The notes under the pieces were generated by a model. That model was not told where the DNA came from. It saw only the letters and a list, made by a program, of their open reading frames with translations, and searched no databases. Positions 30,477-43,393 of a DNA stretch of 64,000 nt are shown here, one piece after another. Numbering within the stretch: the first letter of the stretch is position 1; each line of letters begins with the position of its first letter. The DNA comes from Escherichia phage vB_EcoM_ACG-C40: sequence record NC_019399.1. One strand, 5' to 3'. The position numbers and the translations under genes were made by a program.

Positions 30477-30970
30477 AAAGTTTTAATAACCTCTATAATA
30501 TCGTCTTGAGAAAGACCGTTAATTAAAATATGATGTTCAGCCGGAGATTTAGAAATTTTAAAGCACGCCGCAACATCTTCTGCCATATCCGATGCGCTAC
30601 GATTTGGATTACTAATTCCAAGACGATGCTTTCCTGTCAAAGGATTAACGATGATATAGCATTTGCAGCTATTGATATGAACATTAGGTTGAGTCTGATT
30701 AATAAACACTTCACAATCATACTTAGCGAGTTGATTTTCTAAAAAGACTTTCATCTCCTCAACCGCATCAGGAAGCATATCACGGGCTTGCTCAAGACGA
30801 CGATTTCGATATTCTTTAATGGTTGTTTTCCGCTTTACTTGCTTAGCTAAATCTTTCTTAAGATCGGTGATATATCCAACTCGACGATTTCCTTTGAATA
30901 CAGAAATCCCATCTGTAGTATCACCGTATGCTTCAACGACCATTTCAGTAGTAATGAGCTGCAAATCCAT
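30467..30970 (-). CDS. alc: Alc, inhibitor of host transcription
   Basis: 167-aa product from MDLQLITTEMVVEAYGD; track ORF has a 5-codon extension that lies within the 52-bp repeat. Confidence 0.75.
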   Translation of the reverse strand: MDLQLITTEMVVEAYGDTTDGISVFKGNRRVGYITDLKKDLAKQVKRKTTIKEYRNRRLEQARDMLPDAVEEMKVFLENQLAKYDCEVFINQTQPNVHINSCKCYIIVNPLTGKHRLGISNPNRSASDMAEDVAACFKISKSPAEHHILINGLSQDDIIEVIKTLCM

Positions 30971-30979
30971 CATAAAGTC

Positions 30980-31031
30980 CCTCATGTTATGTCAGTAAGA
31001 CTACTGTAACACAACACGAGGGACTTGTAAA
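30980..31031. repeat. 52-bp perfect repeat, copy 2 (first copy at 17273..17324)
   Basis: identical 52-nt string; - strand reads GTTTACAAGTCCCTCGTGTTGTGTTACAGTAGTCTTACTGACATAACATGAGG. Confidence 0.85.
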
Positions 31032-31035
31032 CAAC

Positions 31036-32623
<1,588 letters not shown>

Positions 32624-32624
32624 A

Positions 32625-32650
32625 ATAAAATGGGCCTTGCGGCCCACTCC
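32625..32650 (-). terminator. hairpin between nrdB and denA
   Basis: tgggcc-ttgc-ggccca with T-rich run on - strand immediately before denA ATG. Confidence 0.5.
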
Positions 32651-33829
32651 TTAAAAGTATTTTTTAAAACTCATCATAACTTTATCATCAACATCATTAT
32701 CAATCTGTGCAACAAGATAAGATGACAGTTCTACTTCTTGTGGCGCTGATTGAACATTATCAGAATTAAGATATTCACGAATCCAAGGATATGGATGTTT
32801 AACCGGAGCATCGGTAATTGGGCATGGAAGACCACACTGTTTCATACGAGATACAGTTAAGTAATCAATAAAGCTCCACATGCTATTTGTATTTAATCCA
32901 GGAACATCGCCATCTTTAAATAAATGAACTGCCCAATCTTTTTCTTGGCGGTTAACTTCCATGAAAATATCAACTGCTTCTTGTTCACACTCTTGAGCAA
33001 TTTTAACCCATTGATCGCCATCAGTACCAGATTGAAGTTGACGAATAATATATTGGGTGCCTTTAAGGTGAAGCTGTTCATCGCGTGCAATGAACTTCAT
33101 AATCTTGGCATTACCTTCCATGATTTCCATGTTCTTATGGAAGTTAAAGGTACATGCAAAAGATACATAAAAACGAATAGCTTCCAATGCGTTGATTACA
33201 TGCAAACAGAGGTAAAGAGATTTCATTAGCTCACGCTTCCAATATGTCTCATGCTCAATAGCATCTTCAATAACGTCTTCGTCTGCGTTAATTTCTTTTT
33301 GGTATTCGATATCAGCTTTAGCGTTTTCCCAATAACGAGTTTTAATCAGAACATCATCATAATAACGTCCAATGGATTCAGCACGTTTCATAATAGCTTC
33401 ATCTAATACAATTTCATCAAATACCTTCGATGGATCAGTATAAAGATTTCGCATGATATGAGTATATGAACGACTGTGAATAGTTTCACTAAAAGTCCAT
33501 GTAGCAGCCCATGTATCAAGACTTGGGTCTGAAATTAATGACATAAGTACAGCAGACGGCGCACGACCCTGAATGCTATCTAAAAGTGATTGATACTTCA
33601 GGTTGTTAGTAAAAATATTTTGCTGGTACTGAGGAAGCTTATTAAACTGTGCAGCATCCATCATCAAGTTTACTTCTTCAGGACGCCAGAAAAATGATAA
33701 TTGCTTTTCGGTTAAATCTTCAAAAACTTTATGACGTTGAATATCATAACGCGCAATACCAAGACCTGAACCAAAAAACATAGGTTCTTTTAAAACATCA
33801 ACTGGATTTGTATTAAAAACTGTGCTCAT
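32651..33829 (-). CDS. nrdB: ribonucleotide reductase small subunit NrdB (uninterrupted, no intron)
   Basis: 392-aa continuous ORF with R2 features and conserved C-terminal tail. Confidence 0.9.
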   Translation of the reverse strand: MSTVFNTNPVDVLKEPMFFGSGLGIARYDIQRHKVFEDLTEKQLSFFWRPEEVNLMMDAAQFNKLPQYQQNIFTNNLKYQSLLDSIQGRAPSAVLMSLISDPSLDTWAATWTFSETIHSRSYTHIMRNLYTDPSKVFDEIVLDEAIMKRAESIGRYYDDVLIKTRYWENAKADIEYQKEINADEDVIEDAIEHETYWKRELMKSLYLCLHVINALEAIRFYVSFACTFNFHKNMEIMEGNAKIMKFIARDEQLHLKGTQYIIRQLQSGTDGDQWVKIAQECEQEAVDIFMEVNRQEKDWAVHLFKDGDVPGLNTNSMWSFIDYLTVSRMKQCGLPCPITDAPVKHPYPWIREYLNSDNVQSAPQEVELSSYLVAQIDNDVDDKVMMSFKKYF

Positions 33830-33880
33830 AAATTTTCCGCTTAGTTAATAGTTGGTGACTCGTCCGTGAGTCAAATTATA

Positions 33881-36145
33881 TCATAATTTACAGGATGAAC
33901 AATCTTCAGCTTTTGGAGTTTCTATTTCATAATCATCAGTACCAGAACCATCGCGGGTATTATGATAATAGAAATTTTTTCCGCCAAAATACCAAAAATA
34001 CAAAAGGTCATCAATCATTATTGACATTGGAACCTTTCCTTTTGGAAAAATCTGCGGGTCATAATATGTATTCGCTGAAGCTGATTGACATACCCATTTC
34101 AGCATAATAGCTACCTGCGTAAGATAAGGTTTATTACCTTTCTTAGCTAATTTCCATGTATAATCATATAGGTCTATGTTATGCTCAATATTGGGCACGA
34201 CTTGATTAAAGGAGCCCTCTTTTGATTCTTTAACAGAGACTGGTCCACGTGGAGGCTCGATACCGTTTGTACTGTTAGAAACTTGGGAAGATGACTCACA
34301 TGGCATAAGTGCTGATAATGTGCTATTACGGATGCCAAAGAGCTTAAGGTCTTCCCGCAGCGCCGACCAGTCACAAACGTATTTTGGAGCTGCGATTTGG
34401 TCAATCTTTTTATTGTACCAGTCGATAGGTAATTCGCCTCGAGACCAACGAGTGTCTGAATAATATTCGCAAGGTCCTTTTTCTTTGGCGAGCTTAATGG
34501 ATGCTTTAATGAGTCCATACTGTAATCTCTCAAATAGTTCATGTGTTAAATCATTAGCATCTTCATAAGAAGCAAAGTTACTTGCCAGCCAAGCTGCATA
34601 GTTGGTAACACCTACACCGAGGTTACGACGCTTTTTAGCTTTTTCTGCTTCAGGAACTGGATATCCTTGGTAATCCAACAGATTATCAAGAGCACGAACT
34701 TGAACTTCTGCCAATTCATTAATTTTATCTTGGTCTTGCCAGTCAAAATTATCTAGTACGAATGCAGAGAGAGTACACAATCCAATTTCAGCATCAGGAC
34801 TATTCACATCATTTGTTGGAATAGCAATTTCACAGCACAAGTTACTCTGACGAATAGGCGCCTTTTCACGAATAAACGGAGTATAGTTATTCGTATTATC
34901 AATGAACTGCACATAAATCCTTGCGGTTCCTGAACGTTCAGTCATGAGCAATTCAAATAGTTCACGGGCTTTAATACGCTTTTTACGAATATTAGGGTCT
35001 TTTTCTGCTGCTTCGTATAATTCACGGAAACGGTTTTGGTCTTTAAAATAAGAATAATAAAGTTCGCCACCCATTTCATGCGGACTGAACAAAGTAATGT
35101 AATCATTCTTTCCGAATCGTTCCATCATTAGGTCATTCAGTTGAACGCCATAATCCATATGACGGATACGGTTTTCTTCTACGCCTTTGTTATTTTTCAA
35201 AACGAGAAGATTTTCAACTTCCAAATGCCAAATAGGATAATAAGCAGTAGCAGCGCCGCCACGAATTCCACCCTGTGAGCATGATTTAACTGCAGTCTGA
35301 AAATGTTTCCAAAAAGGAATAACACCAGTATGGCGTACTTCACCCATGCCAATCTTAGAACCTTCAGCACGAATCATACCAACGTTAATACCAATTCCAG
35401 CGCGTTTAGAGATATATTCAACAATTGAAGCGGAAGCCTTGTTGATAGACTTTAATGAATCACCTGCCTCAATAACAACACATGAACTAAACTGTCGAGT
35501 CGGAGTACGACAACCAGCCATAATAGGAGTTGGTAATGAAATCTGTCGAGTAGATACTGCTTCATAAAAACGGATAACGTGTTTTAATCTATCAACAGGT
35601 TCATCTTGATGCAATGCCATTCCAATAGTCATAAATGCAAACTGTGGAGTTTCATAAATTTGACCAGTGGTTTTATCTTTAACTAGATATTTTTCTTTTA
35701 ATTGCATCGCCCCGGAATAAGTAAATTCCATATCCCGTTCGTGCTTAATTTTTGATTCTAAAAATGTAATTTCTTCTGCTGAATATTTTGACAACAGTTC
35801 AGGGTCGTATTTACCTTCATTTACACAGTAAGAAATATGGTCAATAAATGAACGCGGTTCATACTGCCCATAAACATGCTTACGAAGAGCGAACATTAGA
35901 CAACGTGCAGCTACATATTGATAATCAGGCTCTTCAACCGAAATAGAATTCGCAGCGGCCTTAATGACAATAGTCTGAATATCATCAGTTGTCATTCCAT
36001 CACGGAGATAAGATTTAATATTTTCATATAATTCATAAGGATCTACTGATGTTCCCTCAGCTGCCCAAGATAAAACTTTAATAATTTTTTGTGGGTCAAA
36101 GCTCTGAGAAACACCACTACTTTTGATAACATTAATTAATTGCAT
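33881..36145 (-). CDS. nrdA: ribonucleotide reductase large subunit NrdA
   Basis: 754-aa ORF with ATP-cone N-terminus and class I RNR catalytic core. Confidence 0.9.
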   Translation of the reverse strand: MQLINVIKSSGVSQSFDPQKIIKVLSWAAEGTSVDPYELYENIKSYLRDGMTTDDIQTIVIKAAANSISVEEPDYQYVAARCLMFALRKHVYGQYEPRSFIDHISYCVNEGKYDPELLSKYSAEEITFLESKIKHERDMEFTYSGAMQLKEKYLVKDKTTGQIYETPQFAFMTIGMALHQDEPVDRLKHVIRFYEAVSTRQISLPTPIMAGCRTPTRQFSSCVVIEAGDSLKSINKASASIVEYISKRAGIGINVGMIRAEGSKIGMGEVRHTGVIPFWKHFQTAVKSCSQGGIRGGAATAYYPIWHLEVENLLVLKNNKGVEENRIRHMDYGVQLNDLMMERFGKNDYITLFSPHEMGGELYYSYFKDQNRFRELYEAAEKDPNIRKKRIKARELFELLMTERSGTARIYVQFIDNTNNYTPFIREKAPIRQSNLCCEIAIPTNDVNSPDAEIGLCTLSAFVLDNFDWQDQDKINELAEVQVRALDNLLDYQGYPVPEAEKAKKRRNLGVGVTNYAAWLASNFASYEDANDLTHELFERLQYGLIKASIKLAKEKGPCEYYSDTRWSRGELPIDWYNKKIDQIAAPKYVCDWSALREDLKLFGIRNSTLSALMPCESSSQVSNSTNGIEPPRGPVSVKESKEGSFNQVVPNIEHNIDLYDYTWKLAKKGNKPYLTQVAIMLKWVCQSASANTYYDPQIFPKGKVPMSIMIDDLLYFWYFGGKNFYYHNTRDGSGTDDYEIETPKAEDCSSCKL

Positions 36146-36462
36146 AAGTCCTCAACTTGAAAATCGTCTTTAAACAATCGGTTAACTATATGAGCTATTA
36201 TATCACCATGACACGGCTTTGGTTTACATGTGCATCCTAGCCTCATTCCACGTAAAGGCTCTAAATGTGCTTTAGTTATTTCTCCGGATTTAATTCGACG
36301 TATAAAATCTTTTTTGAATAATTCAATGGCAGCCTCCCGGCTGCCAGCATCTTTACCGACGTAATTTCCCCAAAATGTACCACGGTGAATATTCACATCA
36401 AAGTCGGATTTGTATTTATTCACTACCCGACATAGACGGCCCGCGCGGTGATAATTCGGCAT
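36136..36462 (-). CDS. hypothetical protein (108 aa)
   Basis: ORF track; overlaps nrdA start. Confidence 0.55.
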   Translation of the reverse strand: MPNYHRAGRLCRVVNKYKSDFDVNIHRGTFWGNYVGKDAGSREAAIELFKKDFIRRIKSGEITKAHLEPLRGMRLGCTCKPKPCHGDIIAHIVNRLFKDDFQVEDLCN

Positions 36463-36679
36463 ATTGTTTTTCCGTTAAAACAGTAATATCGTAGTAACAG
36501 TCAGAAGAAGTTTTAACTGTGGAAATTTTATTATCAAAATACTCACGAGTCATTTTATGAGTATAATATTTTTTGCCATAAATGATAATAGGCTGATTTG
36601 GTCCTGGAACTTCTAACTCACTTGGGTTAGGAAGTGTAAAAAGAACTACACCAGAAGTATCTTTAAATCGTAAAATCAT
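36416..36679 (-). CDS. hypothetical protein (87 aa)
   Basis: ORF track. Confidence 0.5.
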   Translation of the reverse strand: MILRFKDTSGVVLFTLPNPSELEVPGPNQPIIIYGKKYYTHKMTREYFDNKISTVKTSSDCYYDITVLTEKQYAELSPRGPSMSGSE

Positions 36680-36702
36680 AAATCCTCACAATTAAATTAA
36701 AA

Positions 36703-37014
36703 TTACACCGCCATTTTTCCTTTCAAGACGCCGTGGGACTGATAATCTTTGAGAACGAAATCTTTAGGCCTGAGTTTAAGAATGTATTCCAATTGTTCTT
36801 TAGTAGAAAGATAGCGGAATTTATAAGGCAATCCGCCTATTACCAGTTCACAAAGCTCTTTAGGTTCACGACGCAAAATTTCTTTACATTGTTCTACGTG
36901 ATTCATATAGATATGAGTATTACCACCGGAAAATATCAAATCTCCCGGAATAAGATTACACATCTTAGCTACAATATGAACTAACGTAGCATATGATGCA
37001 ATATTAAATGGAAG
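36703..37014 (-). CDS. td: thymidylate synthase, exon 2 (residues 184-286)
   Basis: begins LPFNIASYATLVHIV immediately after intron 3' end ...ACATAATG. Confidence 0.9.
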   Translation of the reverse strand, partial: LPFNIASYATLVHIVAKMCNLIPGDLIFSGGNTHIYMNHVEQCKEILRREPKELCELVIGGLPYKFRYLSTKEQLEYILKLRPKDFVLKDYQSHGVLKGKMAV

Positions 37015-38030
37015 CATTATGTTCAGATAAGGTCGTTAATCTTACCCCGGAATTATATCCAGCTGCATGTCACCATGCAGATCAGACTATATCTCCAACT
37101 TGTTAAAGCAAGTTGTCTATCGTTTCGAGTCACTTGACCCTACTCCCCAAAGGGATAGTCGTTAGGCATTTATGTAGAACCAATTCCATTTATCAGATTT
37201 TACACGATAAGTAACTAATCCAGACGAAATTTTAAAATGTCTAGCTGCATCTGCTGCACAATCAAAAATAACCCCATCACATGAAATCTTTTTAATATTA
37301 CTAGGCTTTTTACCTTTCATCTTTTCTGATATTTTAGATTTAGTTATGTCTGAATGCTTATGATTAAAGAATGAATTATTTTCACCTGAACGATTTCTGC
37401 ATTTACTACAAGTATAAGCAGAAGTTTGTATGCGAACACCGCACTTACAAAACTTATGGGTTTCTGGATTCCAACGCCCGTTTTTACTTCCGGGTTTACT
37501 GTAAAGAGCTTTCCGACCATCAGGTCCAAGTTTAAGCATCTTAGCTTTAACAGTTTCAGAACGTTTCTTAATAATTTCTTCTTTTAATGGATGCGTAGAA
37601 CATGTATCACCAAACGTTGCGTCAGCAATATTGTATCCATTAATTTTAGAATTAAGCTCTTTAATCCAAAAATTTTCTCGTTCAATAATCAAATCTTTCT
37701 CATATGGAATTTCTTCCAAAATAGAACATTCAAACACATTACCATGTTTGTTAAAAGACCTCTGAAGCTTTATAGAAGAATGGCATCCTTTTTCTAAATC
37801 TTTAAAATGCCTCTTCCATCTCTTTTCAAAATCTTTAGCACTTCCTACATATACTTTATTGTTTAAAGTATTTTTAATCTGATAAATTCCGCTTTTCATA
37901 AATACCTCTTTAAATATAGAAGTATTTATTAAAGGGCAGTCCTACAATTTAGCACGGGATTGTCTACTAGAGAGGTTCCCCGTTTAGATAGATTACAAGT
38001 ATAAGTCACCTTATACTCAGGCCTCAATTA
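37015..38030 (-). mobile_element. td group I self-splicing intron (1016 nt) carrying I-TevI
   Basis: 5' end TAATTGAGGCCTGAGTATAAGGTGACTTATAC... directly after exon-1 ...TTGGGT; 3' end ...CTGAACATAATG; matches the T4 td intron as recalled. Confidence 0.9.
37162..37899 (-). CDS. GIY-YIG homing endonuclease I-TevI (intron-encoded)
   Basis: 245-aa ORF MKSGIYQIKNTLNNKVYVGSAKDFEKRW..., zinc finger CxxC...CxxC, C-terminal HTH. Confidence 0.95.
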   Translation of the reverse strand: MKSGIYQIKNTLNNKVYVGSAKDFEKRWKRHFKDLEKGCHSSIKLQRSFNKHGNVFECSILEEIPYEKDLIIERENFWIKELNSKINGYNIADATFGDTCSTHPLKEEIIKKRSETVKAKMLKLGPDGRKALYSKPGSKNGRWNPETHKFCKCGVRIQTSAYTCSKCRNRSGENNSFFNHKHSDITKSKISEKMKGKKPSNIKKISCDGVIFDCAADAARHFKISSGLVTYRVKSDKWNWFYINA

Positions 38031-38578
38031 ACCCAAGAAAACATCTACTGATCGTTGATACCACTGCAAATCCAAATAGCCATTACGCACATTAAACTGA
38101 TAGAACATATGACAAGGCGGTAATGCCATCTGCTTGAGTTCAGCTGGATTCCATGCTGAAACAATTTGACGCCTATCATTTGGCAGTTTTTTAATACGAT
38201 CAATAACTTCTATAATTTGGTCTACACCACCAAAATCACGCCACTGTTTTCCATAAATTGGACCAAGTTCACCGCTATGGTATCCTAAATCTTTTGCTTG
38301 ATTTTCGTAATTTTCATCCCAAACTGTTTTGCCTTGGATTAACGAATCATGTTGAATTAATCGCAAATCATTGACATTTGTGCTTCCCGATAAAAACCAA
38401 AGCAGCTCAGCAATGCAAGCTTTCCAGGCGAGCTTCTTAGTTGTTACTGCAGGAAAACCTTTAGTTAAATCCCAGCGTAATTTAGTACCGAACAAAGCAA
38501 TTGTTCCTGTGCCTGTTCGGTCATCGGTTTCGTAGCCATTTTCCAGGATATCTTTAATTAAAAATTGGTATTGTTTCA

Positions 38579-38579
<1 letters not shown>
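38031..38579 (-). CDS. td: thymidylate synthase, exon 1 (residues 1-183)
   Basis: starts MKQYQFLIKDILENGYETDDRTGTGT; ends ...QRSVDVFLG at the 5' splice site. Confidence 0.9.
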
Positions 38580-39608
<1,029 letters not shown>

Positions 39609-39618
39609 ATTATTTTCC

Positions 39619-39861
39619 TTAAACAGACTTTTTCACAATTTTCCAATCAGCTTTAAACTGCTCGACGTCAGAATGGTAAATCCAAAATCCTGCGCTTTCT
39701 CCGTCTTCATAAAGAGGACATCCATCACATTCATCTTCCCATCCCATGTCACGTAAAAGATGTTCAGCTTTTTCAACAAGTTCAGAATCTTTACCGATGA
39801 TATTAAAATACCATTTACCTCTAACTTCCGAATCTTTAATGCTCTGACGTTGTAATCTCAT
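39619..39861 (-). CDS. hypothetical protein (80 aa)
   Basis: ORF track. Confidence 0.55.
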   Translation of the reverse strand: MRLQRQSIKDSEVRGKWYFNIIGKDSELVEKAEHLLRDMGWEDECDGCPLYEDGESAGFWIYHSDVEQFKADWKIVKKSV

Positions 39862-39964
39862 TTTATTCTCCTTAGCAAGCTTTAATCAAAAGATATAAAC
39901 AAACCAACATAACTGCTGCCATAATATAAGGTGCTAACATTTTCTTTTCTCCATTAGTTTTGAT

Positions 39965-40005
39965 AGGGTAATAGTATCACACTACTACCCTGCTGTAAAC
40001 TACTT
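39965..40005 (-). promoter_or_regulatory. T4 early-type promoter (GTTTACA -35, TACTAT -10)
   Basis: - strand GTTTACAgcagggtagtagtgtgaTACTAT; member of a repeated family. Confidence 0.5.
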
Positions 40006-40401
40006 TTTGAAAGTTTTTCGCAAAAGTTCAATGATTTCATCTACATTGTTTTCGTCAACAATGCAGTGAATTTTTGTTACGCCAGAAACCTTGTCTTTGA
40101 CTTCATCTTCTTCAGAAGTTGGTTCTTTATATTCGCGGAAACAATAAAACTCTTCTTCACTAAGTTCAAAATAATCATCACCCATACCATCATCATTATA
40201 GATTTCACCATTAGCACAAATGATTTCGGTTACATAATCAAAGCCATCTAAACTTGATATTGATTTAACTTCAAACCAACCGCCATTTTCTTGAATGATG
40301 CCGACCATACTAGCATTTGATGAACTAATATCAATGAAAGATTTAATACGGTGTGGATTTAACTCGTATTTTTTGCCGATTTCCATTTTGATTTTCCTCA
40401 T
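40000..40401 (-). CDS. hypothetical acidic protein (133 aa)
   Basis: ORF track. Confidence 0.55.
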   Translation of the reverse strand: MRKIKMEIGKKYELNPHRIKSFIDISSSNASMVGIIQENGGWFEVKSISSLDGFDYVTEIICANGEIYNDDGMGDDYFELSEEEFYCFREYKEPTSEEDEVKDKVSGVTKIHCIVDENNVDEIIELLRKTFKK

Positions 40402-40431
40402 TTTAATAGGGGCTTAATAGCCCCTTGATAA

Positions 40432-40659
40432 TTATTGTTCAATCATTCCCATGTAAAATTCTGTGTCTTCAGCATCCATACCATCACAATATTCATTAGC
40501 CATAAAGCGGGTGAGGTCTTCAAGAGGACCTTCAATAACGATTTGAATACTCCAAAACTTAGAATCTTGCACGCTTGTGATACTAAGTTCAGGATAACGA
40601 TTACGAATAATTTCTTCAATATATTCAAAATCAACGATGTCAATATCAACTTTAGCCAT
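40432..40659 (-). CDS. hypothetical protein (75 aa from MAKVDIDIV...)
   Basis: track ORF 40432..40785 trimmed to the Met downstream of the promoter. Confidence 0.5.
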   Translation of the reverse strand: MAKVDIDIVDFEYIEEIIRNRYPELSITSVQDSKFWSIQIVIEGPLEDLTRFMANEYCDGMDAEDTEFYMGMIEQ

Positions 40660-40697
40660 ATTATTTTCCTCTTTAATTATCAGCAGTATTGCCGATA

Positions 40698-40735
40698 GTT
40701 GTATAGTACCATGGAAGGACAAGGATGTAAACAGT
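40698..40735 (-). promoter_or_regulatory. T4 early-type promoter (GTTTACA -35, TACTAT -10)
   Basis: same gatag...gtaaac repeat family as 39965, 58268, 61406, 61922. Confidence 0.5.
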
Positions 40736-40754
40736 TTTGTGAAAAAATTTTTGA

Positions 40755-40787
40755 AATAAAAAAAAGGGACCTCTAGGGTCCCCAATT
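40755..40787 (-). terminator. rho-independent terminator downstream of gene 32
   Basis: - strand ggggaccc-taga-gggtcccc followed by TTTTTTTT. Confidence 0.7.
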
Positions 40788-40805
40788 AATTAGTAATATA
40801 ATCTG

Positions 40806-41711
40806 TTAAAGGTCATTCAAAAGGTCATCTAGGTCCGTGTCATCAGCACTAGATGAACTGCCAGAGCTTGAGCTCATAAAATCATCTTCAGTTTTTGTTT
40901 TGAAGTCATCAACATTGAATGCATCCAAATCATCAGCAACTTTATCAGCTTTCTTAGCGGCAGTTGCAGCGGCACCACCCATTGCAGCAGTTCCCATAAC
41001 TTGACTGAACTTAGTGCTCAGTTCTTCAAATGATTTGAATTTATCTTTAGAAGTCATTTCAGAAAGGTCAACCATTTGTTCGAACAGTTCTTTCTGGAAA
41101 GATTCATCGTCAATGTTTGGAATCGCAGATTGATTCAGGAATTTAGATTCGTCGTAGTTACTAAATCCAGAAACCTGTTTAACTTTCAGTACAAAGTTAG
41201 CACCTTCCCACGGACAAGTTACATCAACCGGAGTTTCACCCATTTCAACATCAACTGCAATCATTGCATTGATTTTATCCCAGATTTTCTTACCGAAACG
41301 ATATTTAAATACTTTACCTTCGTTTTCTGGAGCAGCTGGGTCTTTTACAACAAGAATATTAGCCCAGTAAGAAGTTTTACGTTTAACAAGACTGTACTCT
41401 TTATTGTCAGTGTTGTACAGATCATTTTTACTGATGTACTGACATACTGGACAAGAATCGTAATCACCATGGGTAGATGAACATGTTTCAATATACCATT
41501 TACCATTTTTCTTGAAACCGTGATTTACAAGAATTGCGAATGGTGCTTGTTCATCATTTTTAGACGGAAGAAAACGAATTACTGCTTGACCGTTACCCGC
41601 ATTATCGAGTTTCAGTTTCCACTCGCCTTTATCTTCAGAAGAAAAACCTTTATTGCCATTCAGTTTAGCCATTTGTGCAGCAAGTTCAGCAGTAGATTTA
41701 CGTTTAAACAT
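40806..41711 (-). CDS. 32: single-stranded DNA-binding protein gp32
   Basis: 301-aa [22 protein letters not shown]..., zinc site and acidic C-terminus, recognised. Confidence 0.95.
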
Positions 41712-41770
41712 TTTATTTCCTTTTTAATTTAATTTAATTTAATTAACAGTTGGTGCTATGACACTTTACC
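41712..41770 (-). promoter_or_regulatory. gene 32 translational operator (autoregulatory 5' leader)
   Basis: - strand leader GTGTCATAGCACCAACTGTTAATTAAATTAAATTAAATTAAAAAGGAAATAAA-ATG: pseudoknot-forming segment followed by repeated UUAAA tract. Confidence 0.7.
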
Positions 41771-42403
41771 TCATAGCTGGCATAATTCGCAATACTCTGG
41801 GTCTTCGAGAGGTATCCAACCTGAGTTGAAATACTTTACCATCGATTTAGCAGTTGTATCAGTTATATTTATATTACCTTTAACTCTTCGCCATCCGGGA
41901 GTTTTACCGTACAGATTAGAGGATAATAATAACACATAATTCTCGTAAGCAATATGAGATAATTTCCAAGACTCTATATTAGCTCGTGATGTTTTCCAAG
42001 GTCTAAAATCGTCACGGTTCATATAATTAGCCAATCTCATATGCTCTCTAACTTCCGGGTCTTTGGCTGGATGAGTTTCACCACTCACACCAAATCCACC
42101 ACCAGCATATACCAGATTAAAATAGTCTGGATTATCTCTGGCATTTACTTCAAGTTGGTATTTTCGTTCTGCTTCAATAACATCCAAGTCATCATCAATT
42201 TGAATTATTTTAACGCTCGGTTTTTGAAGCATTAGCGCATTCAAAAATCTTTTTTGTTTACATGAGCTCCAGTATTCCTTTCCGGAAGAGTCATATATTA
42301 TTCCGTTCTCAAATGAGCAATTTAATTTACTACCGATATAGTAGTATGGCGGAGTCTTATTTTTGACACGGTCTTCAAATGTAAACCAATATACTATATT
42401 CAT
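41771..42403 (-). CDS. segG: GIY-YIG homing endonuclease, SegG-like
   Basis: 210-aa ORF with IVYWFT...YYIGSK motif, located between genes 32 and 59. Confidence 0.65.
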   Translation of the reverse strand: MNIVYWFTFEDRVKNKTPPYYYIGSKLNCSFENGIIYDSSGKEYWSSCKQKRFLNALMLQKPSVKIIQIDDDLDVIEAERKYQLEVNARDNPDYFNLVYAGGGFGVSGETHPAKDPEVREHMRLANYMNRDDFRPWKTSRANIESWKLSHIAYENYVLLLSSNLYGKTPGWRRVKGNINITDTTAKSMVKYFNSGWIPLEDPEYCELCQL

Positions 42404-42404
42404 A

Positions 42405-43058
42405 TCAATACTTACAAGATTTCACAGTTTCAATGAAAACATTTTTAGCTTTCTGTGAATCAATATTTAAAATTTTTCTATAAGCCTTTAACTTTATAGA
42501 ATAATTATTCCAGACTAAATTATCAGTCTGTTCATCGTGTTTATCAATTATATTTAAAAACGAATCAAGCAAGATAAACGTTTCAAACGAAATTATATTC
42601 GATTGAAGTAGTTTAAAAATATAACTTGATTGAACTTTTGGATTATACTCAAAGATTTCTTTAAAAGCAGAAACTCCAACTTTCTTACTAAAATAATAAA
42701 TGTTGCGAATATCTTCTTCAAACTTAAATTTAATTTGCTTTAAGCGTCCGATATATTCACGATAAAACACAAGTGCATCAGCGTCAGAGATGTCGCCAAT
42801 CCAAGCATCCTGGTTAGCAACAAGATTGCTTATAAAGATTAAAGCAAGTTCCTTTAATTTATATTTTTCTGATAACTTCTGGAAAAAATACTTATCCCTT
42901 CGCTTTTGATAAGCGGCATCAGACACCCGCATGCACCAATTATACTTAATAACATCATACTTTCCATTCATATGTTGTTTTATCATTAAGTATAATTTAT
43001 AAACTGATTTACCATCAATGTATCTTTCACCACCAGCAGGCATGCGGAGTTTAATCAT
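42405..43058 (-). CDS. 59: helicase loader gp59
   Basis: 217-aa ORF MIKLRMPAGGERYIDGKSVYKLY..., recognised. Confidence 0.9.
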   Translation of the reverse strand: MIKLRMPAGGERYIDGKSVYKLYLMIKQHMNGKYDVIKYNWCMRVSDAAYQKRRDKYFFQKLSEKYKLKELALIFISNLVANQDAWIGDISDADALVFYREYIGRLKQIKFKFEEDIRNIYYFSKKVGVSAFKEIFEYNPKVQSSYIFKLLQSNIISFETFILLDSFLNIIDKHDEQTDNLVWNNYSIKLKAYRKILNIDSQKAKNVFIETVKSCKY

Positions 43059-43393
43059 AGTAGAAAATCTAATGTATTAGTTTTTTCACAACGAACAACA
43101 GAAGGACGTAAAAGATTTTCGTCAATGGCTTCTGACTGAATTTTTTCAATTATACCCGAAGGAATAAATTTAGCAAATTGAGTTTCAGGAATAGAGTTTT
43201 CTTCTAAGAATGCTGTTGTAGCTTCAAGATAACTCATTCCAAACTCTTCTACCATTTTTTCAATAATAAATCCATTTTCTTGACGATCAAGAAGCTTTGC
43301 TATTTCATCCTTTTCTTTCTTGATTGAAAGTTCTTTTTCTGAAAGACCGGTCTCATCGACCGGACGAATGTCATTTAGAGAAAACTGTGTCAT
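43055..43393 (-). CDS. 33: late transcription co-activator gp33
   Basis: 112-aa product from MTQFSLNDIRPVDETGL. Confidence 0.85.
   Translation of the reverse strand: MTQFSLNDIRPVDETGLSEKELSIKKEKDEIAKLLDRQENGFIIEKMVEEFGMSYLEATTAFLEENSIPETQFAKFIPSGIIEKIQSEAIDENLLRPSVVRCEKTNTLDFLL

Noticed and set aside
30971-30985. Five-codon N-terminal extension of alc (MRDFM), and similar extensions in track ORFs for rnlA, denA, frd, rnh, gp33, pseT and ndd
   Set aside because: The extensions run through upstream leader or promoter sequence; starts were moved to the Met matching the recognised protein N-terminus with an SD.
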